NCBI GenBank assembly: GCA_038245405.1
Contig: JBBRSO010000001.1
Span: forward strand, 9,199-73,198
Reading direction: 5' to 3'
From: Bacteroidales bacterium
GTDB taxonomy: Bacteria > Bacteroidota > Bacteroidia > Bacteroidales > VadinHA17
Length of the DNA stretch: 64,000 nucleotides
Shown one piece after another: positions 56,434 to 64,000 of this stretch (positions within the stretch are counted from its first letter, which is position 1; each line of letters begins with the position of its first letter). Position numbers and translations under genes: made by a program. Below the pieces are notes generated by a model. It was given only the letters and a program-made list of their open reading frames with translations. It was not told the origin of the DNA and searched no databases.

Positions 56434-57270
56434 TCAGGCAAATTTATAGCTAAGCAGCTGGTAAATAATCTTTGCTGCGATAAAATCGGGAGCTTTATTT
56501 GTTGCTGAGGGGCATAGTTCCACAATATCAAAACCAACTACATTTCTCGATTTAATAACATCCCTCATAAAATGCATTAGTTCAAAATACTCCGGTCCTC
56601 CTGGCTCCGGAGTACCGGTGGAAGGCATGATTGAAGGGTCAAAAACATCGAGATCTATTGTGATATAGACGTTTTCGGAGAGTTTGTCAAGTGCTTTTTT
56701 ATAAAGGTTTTTATCATAAAATAGCTCATGCGAGCAGAACATCCTGTCTTTCTCAGCAAATGGCAATTCTTCTACCGACATGCTTCGTATTCCGACCTGT
56801 ACTATCGGAACGTATTCGCGTGCCCTTGCCATTGCGCAGGCATGATTAAATTCCGAACCCTCATAGGTCTGACGAAGGTCAGCGTGTGCGTCAAGCTGAA
56901 GTACAGAAATATTATCGAAATATTCGGAGAAGGCTTTAATAGCTCCTATTGATACAGTGTGGTTACCACCAATAACCACAGGGAATTTTTTTTCTGTTAA
57001 AAGTGAGATTACCTTATCATGAACGGCTGAAACGAGTCTTCCCGGAGTCTCTTTTTCAAGGACTGGAGGTATTGTATGAATTCCTTTCAGATGAGCTTCC
57101 GATGCTGTTTCAAGGTCGTAGAATTCAAGATTAACTGAAGCACTGAGAATGGCATCCGGACCCATGTCGGCTCCCTTCATCCAGGTACTGGTCTCATCAT
57201 AAGGTACAGGCACAATAATTATACCTGATTCCTCATAATTATAAACTACCTCATGACCTCCAAAATTCAT
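56434..57270 (-). CDS. speB: Agmatinase / arginase-family ureohydrolase
   Basis: Mn-ligand motifs GGNHTVS, LQLDAHADLR and IDLDVFDPS. Size 278 aa. Confidence 0.8.
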   Translation of the reverse strand: MNFGGHEVVYNYEESGIIIVPVPYDETSTWMKGADMGPDAILSASVNLEFYDLETASEAHLKGIHTIPPVLEKETPGRLVSAVHDKVISLLTEKKFPVVIGGNHTVSIGAIKAFSEYFDNISVLQLDAHADLRQTYEGSEFNHACAMARAREYVPIVQVGIRSMSVEELPFAEKDRMFCSHELFYDKNLYKKALDKLSENVYITIDLDVFDPSIMPSTGTPEPGGPEYFELMHFMRDVIKSRNVVGFDIVELCPSATNKAPDFIAAKIIYQLLSYKFA

Positions 57271-57310
57271 AGATGCTGGTCTAAATCCTGCTCAGGCATT
57301 ACCCACTTTC

Positions 57311-57814
57311 TTATCCCTCATTGCGGGAGGGTGGTTTCACTCCTGTAGCTTTTTTCTTTTTCTTATCTGCCACGGGAGCAATTTCTTTCTCAGTGGCTTC
57401 TGATTTCTCTGTTTCGGCAGGTTCAGGTTCATCTTTCTTCAGAAGATCGAGTGTATGGAGGATGTTATACCAGCTTACCAGTTTCTTGATATCGCTCATA
57501 TAAACTTTATCCCTTGAATACTCGGGAAGAATATCCTCAAACCAGGTTTTAAGTTTGGCAGCATCTGATTTAGAGTCTATTGCCGGTCCTCCATTTTCCT
57601 TTTCATAGATCAGGTCAAACACTTTTCCAAGAGGCATATCCTCGGTTTCTGTAAATATTGCAATGTCCTCTAGAGAACTTACTTTAGCAGAACCATATGC
57701 ACTGCTTCTTTTTTTCGTTTCCAGATGCTCAACAATTATAGCATTCTTCCCCTGAGCTATAAATTTAAAAAGTCCAGGTTCTCCGGAAATTGATAGAATC
57801 TCTTTTAATATCAT
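57311..57814 (-). CDS. DUF5606-like protein
   Basis: The N-terminal LKEILSISGEPGLFKFIAQGKNAIIVE pattern is recalled from the Bacteroidota DUF5606 family. Acidic/lysine-rich tail. Confidence 0.6.
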   Translation of the reverse strand: MILKEILSISGEPGLFKFIAQGKNAIIVEHLETKKRSSAYGSAKVSSLEDIAIFTETEDMPLGKVFDLIYEKENGGPAIDSKSDAAKLKTWFEDILPEYSRDKVYMSDIKKLVSWYNILHTLDLLKKDEPEPAETEKSEATEKEIAPVADKKKKKATGVKPPSRNEG

Positions 57815-57895
57815 CTCTTAAGTAATTTATGTGCAAATTTAATTCTTGAATTAGTAATTCTGATCCATAACCTGATTTATTTTCAGATTACCTGA

Positions 57896-58624
57896 TTAAT
57901 TCATGATTCTTTCCCTCTTTATCTTATTATATGCCTCATTAACCCTTGCGAATTTCTCATCGGCCGACTTCCTGATTTCTTCTCCCAGGTGATTGACTTT
58001 GTCGGGATGATATTTGACAGCCATTTTCCTGTAAGCTTTTTTAACTTCATCATCTGTAGCTGAAGGTTCTATTTCCAGAATCTTATATGCAGAGTCTGTT
58101 TCGGGAATAAACATGTTTTTTATTGATAAAAAGTCGCTTGTGTGTACTCCCAGGTAGGATGAAATCTTCTCAATAACCTGAAATTCAAGCGGGTGAATTA
58201 CCGCATCTGCCAGAGAAATATTAAATAAGATATGTAACAGCTGTAACCTCGAAGAATAATCCATGTTCTCTTTAATCTGGAGGCAAACTTCTCTGACAGG
58301 AATTTCCTGTTTTAAAATATCCTTCAGAGTAAGAAGCGCATGCTTTGCCGATTGCTCACCAAACTGCCTGACAAAGAATTGCTTAACATAATCAAGTTCT
58401 GACTTTACCACTTTACCATCTGATTTCATTACCGCTGCCACGAGTACAAGCAGACTCATACCAAAATCGCCCTGGCTGGTTCTGGCAGTACCCTGGTTAT
58501 ATGACGAAGTTTGAATAGTTGTTCCGTCGATCATCGAACCCACCAGAAAACCCAGTAATCCACCAATCGGTCCGCCCATAACAAAGCCAAGGCCACCACC
58601 AAGCCATTTCCCAAATATTCCCAT
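57896..58624 (-). CDS. DjlA-like co-chaperone (Gly-rich membrane anchor, TerB-like domain, C-terminal J domain)
   Basis: J-domain [31 protein letters not shown]. TerB-like [14 protein letters not shown]-terminal G-rich hydrophobic segment. Confidence 0.75.
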   Translation of the reverse strand: MGIFGKWLGGGLGFVMGGPIGGLLGFLVGSMIDGTTIQTSSYNQGTARTSQGDFGMSLLVLVAAVMKSDGKVVKSELDYVKQFFVRQFGEQSAKHALLTLKDILKQEIPVREVCLQIKENMDYSSRLQLLHILFNISLADAVIHPLEFQVIEKISSYLGVHTSDFLSIKNMFIPETDSAYKILEIEPSATDDEVKKAYRKMAVKYHPDKVNHLGEEIRKSADEKFARVNEAYNKIKRERIMN

Positions 58625-59220
58625 CAGATCTGAGTATTAATAATTTTTAAGATATCGGAATGAATTTTAAGAATGACAGGGATGATCATATCATTCTCGG
58701 AATTATTTATAATATAATCGGATTGCTTCGAACGGGTCAAGTCATCCATCTGATTTCTCATCCGTTCAGCTATCTGATCTCTCGACAGCATATTCCTCTG
58801 AATTATTCTTGTAATTCTCTCTTCAAGCGGGGCAACTACTGTAGCCACCCTGTCTACAAGCTTGAAAGCTCCACTCTCAAACAGGATTGCAGCTTCCATG
58901 ATAACATAATGTGAGGATTGTTCTGATGCCCATTTTGCAAAAGTATTGAAAACGGCCGGGTGTACCAGCGAATTAACTTTCCCAAGAAGCTCATAATCAT
59001 TAAATATCAGAGCTGACAAAGATGGGCGATCAAGACTTCCGTTAAGATAAATCTTTCCACCGGCAATTGATTTTAAGCCATCAATTATGGTTTTATCAGT
59101 ATCCATAATTTCGTTTGCAACTCTGTCGGCTGAGAATACAGGAATTTTCATAACTTCAAATACCCTGCAGACAGAGGTCTTTCCGCTCCCAATTCCACCT
59201 GTGACACCAAGTTTAAGCAT
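58624..59220 (-). CDS. coaE: Dephospho-CoA kinase
   Basis: P-loop [15 protein letters not shown]...... and the typical size of 198 aa. Confidence 0.9.
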   Translation of the reverse strand: MLKLGVTGGIGSGKTSVCRVFEVMKIPVFSADRVANEIMDTDKTIIDGLKSIAGGKIYLNGSLDRPSLSALIFNDYELLGKVNSLVHPAVFNTFAKWASEQSSHYVIMEAAILFESGAFKLVDRVATVVAPLEERITRIIQRNMLSRDQIAERMRNQMDDLTRSKQSDYIINNSENDMIIPVILKIHSDILKIINTQI

Positions 59221-59260
59221 GGGATTTGATCATTTTGTGATTATTACCTATTCTGAGACT

Positions 59261-59776
59261 TTAATTTTTCTTTTTACTATCAGTTTTGCTATAAGTGATT
59301 GCAGAGGAATTTGCAATAATCTTAGTAAGACTGAAAAAAAGTGTATCGGGCTTTATTGATGTTATCTCGCAACCCGATCTCATCTGAACATTAAGGCTTT
59401 TTGCAAGTCCTGATGTAACAATATAATAATTCAAACCTTTATCACCCTGAGCTCTTTTATAATTGACTTTTGAAATGTCGATAACCACTGGCGCTTTCCC
59501 CCTTGAAATTTTAAGTTTGAGTATTGAATATCCAGGTCCCTTTAGAAACAATTCCAGTTGGGAAGGTTGATCCTGCACAATGGCTCTTTCCTTTGGCACG
59601 TTGGTATACTTCACCTGGTAGTTAATTTCTGCTTCCACTTCTTTTCCGAGTGAATTAAGGTACCAGAAAATAAAAGAGAGAAAAAGGAAGAATGCAAAAA
59701 CTGCAATATCTCTCTTAATCACTCTTGTTCCCTTTCTGACACGGTTATCTGACCGTATGCCTTCATCCCCTCTCAC
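59261..59776 (-). CDS. YbbR-like single-domain membrane-anchored protein (GTG start)
   Basis: N-terminal TM segment followed by a beta-rich domain (V.Y.NVP, LELFLKG.GY). Its position between yajC and coaE matches the conserved Bacteroidota block. Confidence 0.5.
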   Translation of the reverse strand: MRGDEGIRSDNRVRKGTRVIKRDIAVFAFFLFLSFIFWYLNSLGKEVEAEINYQVKYTNVPKERAIVQDQPSQLELFLKGPGYSILKLKISRGKAPVVIDISKVNYKRAQGDKGLNYYIVTSGLAKSLNVQMRSGCEITSIKPDTLFFSLTKIIANSSAITYSKTDSKKKN

Positions 59777-59782
59777 GCAGAA

Positions 59783-60109
59783 TTATGATTCGTCGGAGGA
59801 AGGATCCTTCAGCAGAGCGTTTTTATCAATTTTCAATTTAACATCACCACCTACTTCAATGGTCACATAAGTATCTTTTATTTCATTTACCCTACCATAT
59901 ATTCCACCGGTAGTGATGACTTTATCCCCTTTTTTGAGAGAACTTCTGTAGTTGGTCATCTCCTTTTGTTTTTTCATCTGAGGTCTGATCATGAAAAAAT
60001 AAAAAACAACAAAAACGAGGATAAGTGGCAGGAACGTTAAGAGAGGATTGGTCTGTCCTGCCGCCCCTGTGGGCTGACCCATCAAATACAAATACGCAAA
60101 ATTGGTCAT
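59783..60109 (-). CDS. yajC: Preprotein translocase subunit YajC
   Basis: FYFFMIRPQMKKQKE ... LKKGDKVITTGGIYGRV. Confidence 0.88.
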   Translation of the reverse strand: MTNFAYLYLMGQPTGAAGQTNPLLTFLPLILVFVVFYFFMIRPQMKKQKEMTNYRSSLKKGDKVITTGGIYGRVNEIKDTYVTIEVGGDVKLKIDKNALLKDPSSDES

Positions 60110-60131
60110 TGTTTAAAATTTTTAATTATTA

Positions 60132-60560
60132 CTATTTATTGGATTGTACAACTTCAGCTGTAATCTTTAATATTATAACAGGTGTTTTGGCATTCGATTT
60201 CACAGTAACAGTCTTTGTTTGCATACCATTTCTTCCTGATGTGTCAAAAACTACCTCAAGACTTCCAACAGATCCGGGAGGTATTGGTTTTTTATCATAT
60301 TTTGGAACTGTACATCCGCATGTTGTTGATGCTGAAGTTATGACAACATCGGATGTCCCCTTATTTTCAAATGTGAATACGTAGCTTATCTTCTCCCCTT
60401 CTGAAACTTTTCCGAAACTATGCTCAAATTCTTTGAAGGCAATTTCTCCGTTTCCCGGTTCAGCTGAAGCAGAGTTCCCGAAATTCTTACTGGCTCCTGA
60501 CCTGCAGCCTGAAGTCAACAACAGAATAAGAACCAATGATTTAAGCAAACTGTTTCTCAT
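60132..60560 (-). CDS. DUF1573 domain lipoprotein
   Basis: Lipobox LTSGC. F....H.FG.V.EGE......F.F.N.G...VVI....TTCGCTVP. Confidence 0.8.
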   Translation of the reverse strand: MRNSLLKSLVLILLLTSGCRSGASKNFGNSASAEPGNGEIAFKEFEHSFGKVSEGEKISYVFTFENKGTSDVVITSASTTCGCTVPKYDKKPIPPGSVGSLEVVFDTSGRNGMQTKTVTVKSNAKTPVIILKITAEVVQSNK

Positions 60561-60581
60561 GTGATAATCTGATTTTGAAAA

Positions 60582-61544
60582 TTATTCATCAGTTAAAGAT
60601 TCTCCTACAAGACCTCTTCCAAACTTATTAAACAATCCTTCTTCACGTATTTCCTTCACAATATTATCGAGAATCCCGTTGACAAATGTACTGCTTTTTG
60701 AGGTACAATAATATTTGGCTATCTCAATGTACTCATTAAGAGTGACCTTAACCGGAATTTCAGGAAATTCCAGAATCTCGGTTATAGCAAGTTGCATCAC
60801 AAGAATGTCCATTAAAGCAATTCTGTCAACCTCCCAGTTTGTGGTATTTTTGTCAATCAGTTCTGAGCATTTTTTAGAATGAACGATTGCCTTCCTGAAT
60901 AATATCTTTACAAACTCCTCATCTTCAGCATTTTTAAATAATGGCATTAAAGCCATTTTTTCCCCTGAATCAGCTTTGAATTTTTTAAGTGTTTTCTCAA
61001 CCATAGATGAAATGTATTCCATATCATCATTCCAGTATATGCTTTGCTCCTCAAGATTTGACTGAAGATCCTCAGAGTTAGAGAAAAAGTCAGTAATAAG
61101 CCGGGTAATGAATTTTTTGTCGGACTGATAGTTATTACTTTCTGCATTCATGTATTCCTCATACACCTCCCAAACTAACATTTTATTGTATAACAGCCGG
61201 GGAATGTGCGGATTATTTACCCACGAAAGTTTTTTGGAGGATATATAGTCCTTGAAATCAATATTTTTTCGAAGTTGTGAAATGAGCTGATTATCTATAA
61301 ACCGTCTTTTGGGATTGAGATCTGCGTGCGAAGGCATCCTCTTCTGCAGTGCCAGATCAATTTTCTCACTGGCTATATCTGCAATTTCCAACACAAGCAG
61401 CAGCAGAAAGTGATAAAGATCGTAACTTTTACTAACACTGAACATCAATTCTGTCTCGGCCTGTGCAAGACTCTCCTCCTCCCGGCGGTTAAAAGCATAA
61501 AGAGCCATCAGAGCTTTTATACGTAATAATCTTCTGCTTATCAT
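60582..61544 (-). CDS. nusB: Transcription antitermination factor NusB (long Bacteroidota form)
   Basis: N-terminal RR.LRIKALMALY and C-terminal INEYIEIAKYY....S..FVNGILD. Confidence 0.85.
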   Translation of the reverse strand: MISRRLLRIKALMALYAFNRREEESLAQAETELMFSVSKSYDLYHFLLLLVLEIADIASEKIDLALQKRMPSHADLNPKRRFIDNQLISQLRKNIDFKDYISSKKLSWVNNPHIPRLLYNKMLVWEVYEEYMNAESNNYQSDKKFITRLITDFFSNSEDLQSNLEEQSIYWNDDMEYISSMVEKTLKKFKADSGEKMALMPLFKNAEDEEFVKILFRKAIVHSKKCSELIDKNTTNWEVDRIALMDILVMQLAITEILEFPEIPVKVTLNEYIEIAKYYCTSKSSTFVNGILDNIVKEIREEGLFNKFGRGLVGESLTDE

Positions 61545-61763
61545 CTGTAAAGAACCTCAATTTTGGCAGCAAAAATACTCTTTTTCCTTTACCTTCAAAA
61601 CACCTGAGAGCATTTTAGATTTTAAAAAACCAGGTCAGAAAACATACCTCTATCATATATTACTACTAGTCAAATGAATATAAATCCTCAGCATAATATA
61701 ATTTCTTTTATATTAACCTAAATACAATTAACAAAAGGCGTTTTGATTTGATAAAATAATTAT

Positions 61764-61771
61764 TACATTTG
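61764..61771 (+). promoter_or_regulatory. Bacteroidota-type -7 box (TACATTTG), with TTTG at 61742-61745 as a possible -33 element
   Basis: Matches TAnnTTTG, 42 nt upstream of the ATG at 61813. A TTTG lies 18 nt upstream of the box. Confidence 0.4.
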
Positions 61772-61812
61772 ACAATACAAAACCCTAAACCCTAACACTA
61801 ACTGACTTATAA

Positions 61813-62214
61813 ATGGAAGAAGAAGCTGGAATACAGGAGGTCATTAATGGGCATGATGATAAGATCATAAAGGAAGAAATATTCACCAAAGTGGTTCGTG
61901 CCGGCAAAAGAACTTATTTTTTCGACGTAAAAGCCACCAGAAAAGAGGATTATTATCTTACTATCACCGAAAGCAAGAAACGCTTAGGGAAAGAAGGCAA
62001 GGTATTTTACGAAAAACATAAAATATTCCTGTATAAAGAAGACTTTGAGAAATTTACAGAGGGATTAAGAGACGCAGTTTCATATATTGGTAACGGTATT
62101 GAAGAAACAAAATCAGCTGAACCATCCTCTTATTCAGAAACCCACGAAGAAAAGATATCTCTGACCACAGAAGAATTTACTAATGTGGAATTTGAAGACC
62201 TTGGCAAGCGATAA
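61813..62214 (+). CDS. PUR-alpha-like nucleic-acid-binding protein (DUF3276)
   Basis: VVRAGKRTYFFDVKATRKEDYYLTITESKK is the hallmark PUR repeat segment of DUF3276. Confidence 0.75.
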   Translation: MEEEAGIQEVINGHDDKIIKEEIFTKVVRAGKRTYFFDVKATRKEDYYLTITESKKRLGKEGKVFYEKHKIFLYKEDFEKFTEGLRDAVSYIGNGIEETKSAEPSSYSETHEEKISLTTEEFTNVEFEDLGKR

Positions 62215-62223
62215 GACGTCTAA

Positions 62224-62703
62224 ATGTCTGATTATATACTCCTTATTCTAGGGATCCTTTTTATGATCGCAGGAATAATCGGATGCCTGGTTCCGGTACT
62301 ACCTGGTCCTCCTCTTAGCTTCTTGGGCTTACTATTCCTTCATTTTACAAGATTTGGGCATTTTACCATTACTACATTAGTCATCCTGGCAATTATTGCG
62401 GTTGTGGTTTCAATACTCGACTACATTGTACCAGTATGGGGCACAAAACAGTTCGGTGGATCAAAATACGGAACACGGGGTGCTACTATCGGGCTCATAA
62501 TCGGGTTATTCCTTGGTCCTTTGGGCATAGTGATCGGTCCACTGATAGGAGCATTTGTCGGCGAAATGATATTCAAAGATGATTTGAGCTATGCATTCAA
62601 AGCCGGTTTCGGAAGCCTGTTAGGATTTCTTATGGGAATAGGTTTAAAACTCGCGGCTTCATTCATTATGACTTACTATTTCATAAAGCAGATAATCATC
62701 TGA
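62224..62703 (+). CDS. DUF456 family membrane protein
   Basis: Four hydrophobic helices with PVLPGPPLSF and GP.IGAFVGE motifs. Confidence 0.75.
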   Translation: MSDYILLILGILFMIAGIIGCLVPVLPGPPLSFLGLLFLHFTRFGHFTITTLVILAIIAVVVSILDYIVPVWGTKQFGGSKYGTRGATIGLIIGLFLGPLGIVIGPLIGAFVGEMIFKDDLSYAFKAGFGSLLGFLMGIGLKLAASFIMTYYFIKQIII

Positions 62704-62724
62704 TTTTCTCAGAGGCTATAGAGA

Positions 62725-63732
62725 CTAAAGTTTATCGCCGAGCGTAGCTACCATAACAGCTTTAATAGTATGCAGACGGTTTTCTGCTTCATGGAAAACA
62801 ATAGAATGCTCTGATTCAAAAACATCCTCTGTTACTTCCATACCATCGAGACCGAATTTTTTAAATATATCCTCTCCTGCTTTTGTATCCCTGTTATGAA
62901 ATGCAGGCAGACAATGCAGAAACTTAACAGATGGATTTCCTGTCAATCTTACAACATTCATATTAATCTGAAAGGGCTTCAGTAATCTGATCCTTTCTTC
63001 CCATACTGAATCAGGTTCGCCCATAGAAACCCATACATCGGTATACAGAAAATCGGCGTCTTTTACTGCCGCTTCAACATTCTCAGTAATAGTAATTTTT
63101 GCAGCGGTTTCCTTCGCAATAGCTCTGCATTGATCTACAAGCTCTGCCGAAGGCTGATAGTCCTTTGGTGCGGCAATTCTGAAATCTATCCCCATTTTGG
63201 CAGAACCAACCATAAGAGAATTGCCCATGTTATAGCGGGCATCACCCAAATAGCAAAATATCATCTTATTAAGTGGCTTGTCCGAATGCTCAATCATTGT
63301 TAGAAAATCTGCAAGGATCTGTGTGGGATGGAATTCATTGGTCAGACCGTTCCAAACCGGGACACCGGCAAATTTACCTAGTTCTTCAACTATTGCCTGT
63401 CCATATCCACGATATTCAATACCGTCATACATTCCACCAAGCACCCTGGCAGTATCTTTCATAGACTCTTTTTGTCCTATCTGGGAACCTGTAGGACCCA
63501 GATATGTAACATGTGCTCCCTGATCATATGCTGCAACTTCAAATGCACATCGGGTCCTTGTTGATGCCTTTTCAAAAATAAGAGCTATATTTTTACCATT
63601 AAGATGCTGTTTTTCAGTCATATCTTTTTTCGATTTCTTAAGGTCCGCGGCAAGATTAAGGAGATAAGTAATCTCTGCAGGTGTAAAATCAAGAAGTTTT
63701 AAGAAATTACGGTTTTTAAGATCAGGTGTCAT
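62725..63732 (-). CDS. argF: Ornithine carbamoyltransferase
   Basis: [20 protein letters not shown] and HCLPA motifs. Confidence 0.9.
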   Translation of the reverse strand: MTPDLKNRNFLKLLDFTPAEITYLLNLAADLKKSKKDMTEKQHLNGKNIALIFEKASTRTRCAFEVAAYDQGAHVTYLGPTGSQIGQKESMKDTARVLGGMYDGIEYRGYGQAIVEELGKFAGVPVWNGLTNEFHPTQILADFLTMIEHSDKPLNKMIFCYLGDARYNMGNSLMVGSAKMGIDFRIAAPKDYQPSAELVDQCRAIAKETAAKITITENVEAAVKDADFLYTDVWVSMGEPDSVWEERIRLLKPFQINMNVVRLTGNPSVKFLHCLPAFHNRDTKAGEDIFKKFGLDGMEVTEDVFESEHSIVFHEAENRLHTIKAVMVATLGDKL

Positions 63733-63825
63733 AATTGATAATTTGATAATTTAATAACTTGAATATTAATGTTCAAAAATAGACTTATTTGTTCAATATT
63801 ACTTCTGAAAGGATAGTGTTCTTCC

Positions 63826-64000
63826 TCACTCCTCATACTCCATAGTTATCTTTGATCCGTATTTCTTATCGGCGAGCTTGAAGGCTTCAGTGATAACACT
63901 TTTCTTTCCGCCGTTCTTTATGAATTTAAGACAGGCATCTATTTTAGGGGCCATGCTGCCTTTGGCGAACTGACCATCGCTGAGATATTTAAGAGTATCG
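63826..64000 (-). CDS. arcC: Carbamate kinase, C-terminal fragment (5' end beyond the window)
   Basis: My own reverse-strand translation gives DTLKYLSDGQFAKGSMAPKIDACLKFIKNGGKKSVITEAFKLADKKYGSKITMEYEE-stop, with TGA at 63826-63828. GSM.PKI.A...F...GG...IT is the carbamate kinase C-terminus. This ORF is not in the supplied track. Confidence 0.8.
   Translation of the reverse strand, partial: DTLKYLSDGQFAKGSMAPKIDACLKFIKNGGKKSVITEAFKLADKKYGSKITMEYEE

Noticed and set aside
56286-56537. 83-aa ORF (minus) with SHFSHSSHSSH repeats
   Set aside because: It is encoded by the open frame of the nonamer array and overlaps both the mazG and speB ends. It is not a gene.

Overview
This 64 kb window is a chromosomal segment that looks like an anaerobic Bacteroidota genome. 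Supporting signs are the DUF1573, DUF5606 and DUF3276 genes, Y_Y_Y/beta-propeller sensor kinases, DPP-IV, TAnnTTTG-type promoter boxes, and the conserved nusB-DUF1573-yajC-ybbR-coaE-djlA block. I found no rRNA, tRNA, CRISPR array, transposase or integrase. Coding density is high. Housekeeping genes: gltB (3' part)/gltD, pntAA-pntAB-pntB, purC, phoH, mazG, speB-like, coaE, yajC, nusB, argF and a partial arcC. Accessory content: (1) two tandem paralogous propeller sensor kinases beside a GH127-containing glycosidase pair; (2) a single 2907-aa cyclic beta-1,2-glucan synthase-like gene; (3) a proline-centred peptidase neighbourhood, comprising an M28-cyclophilin-FKBP triple fusion next to DPP-IV with a Xaa-Pro aminopeptidase further away; (4) a ten-gene, tightly coupled operon (35749-44138). 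Its last four genes encode a complete Hnd/HydABC-type [FeFe]-hydrogenase. Its first six genes encode an uncharacterised signalling-like module: DRTGG, GHKL ATPase, a hydrogenase paralogue with degenerate H-cluster motifs, DRTGG, PHP phosphoesterase, GHKL ATPase. This module is my best candidate for the undescribed system. The window also carries several families of short-period intergenic repeats (7, 8, 9, 10 and 27 bp periods, plus C5/G5 double hairpins). They sit at gene ends and twice run into annotated 3' coding ends. All functional calls come from motif recognition by eye in the supplied translations. No database search was run.
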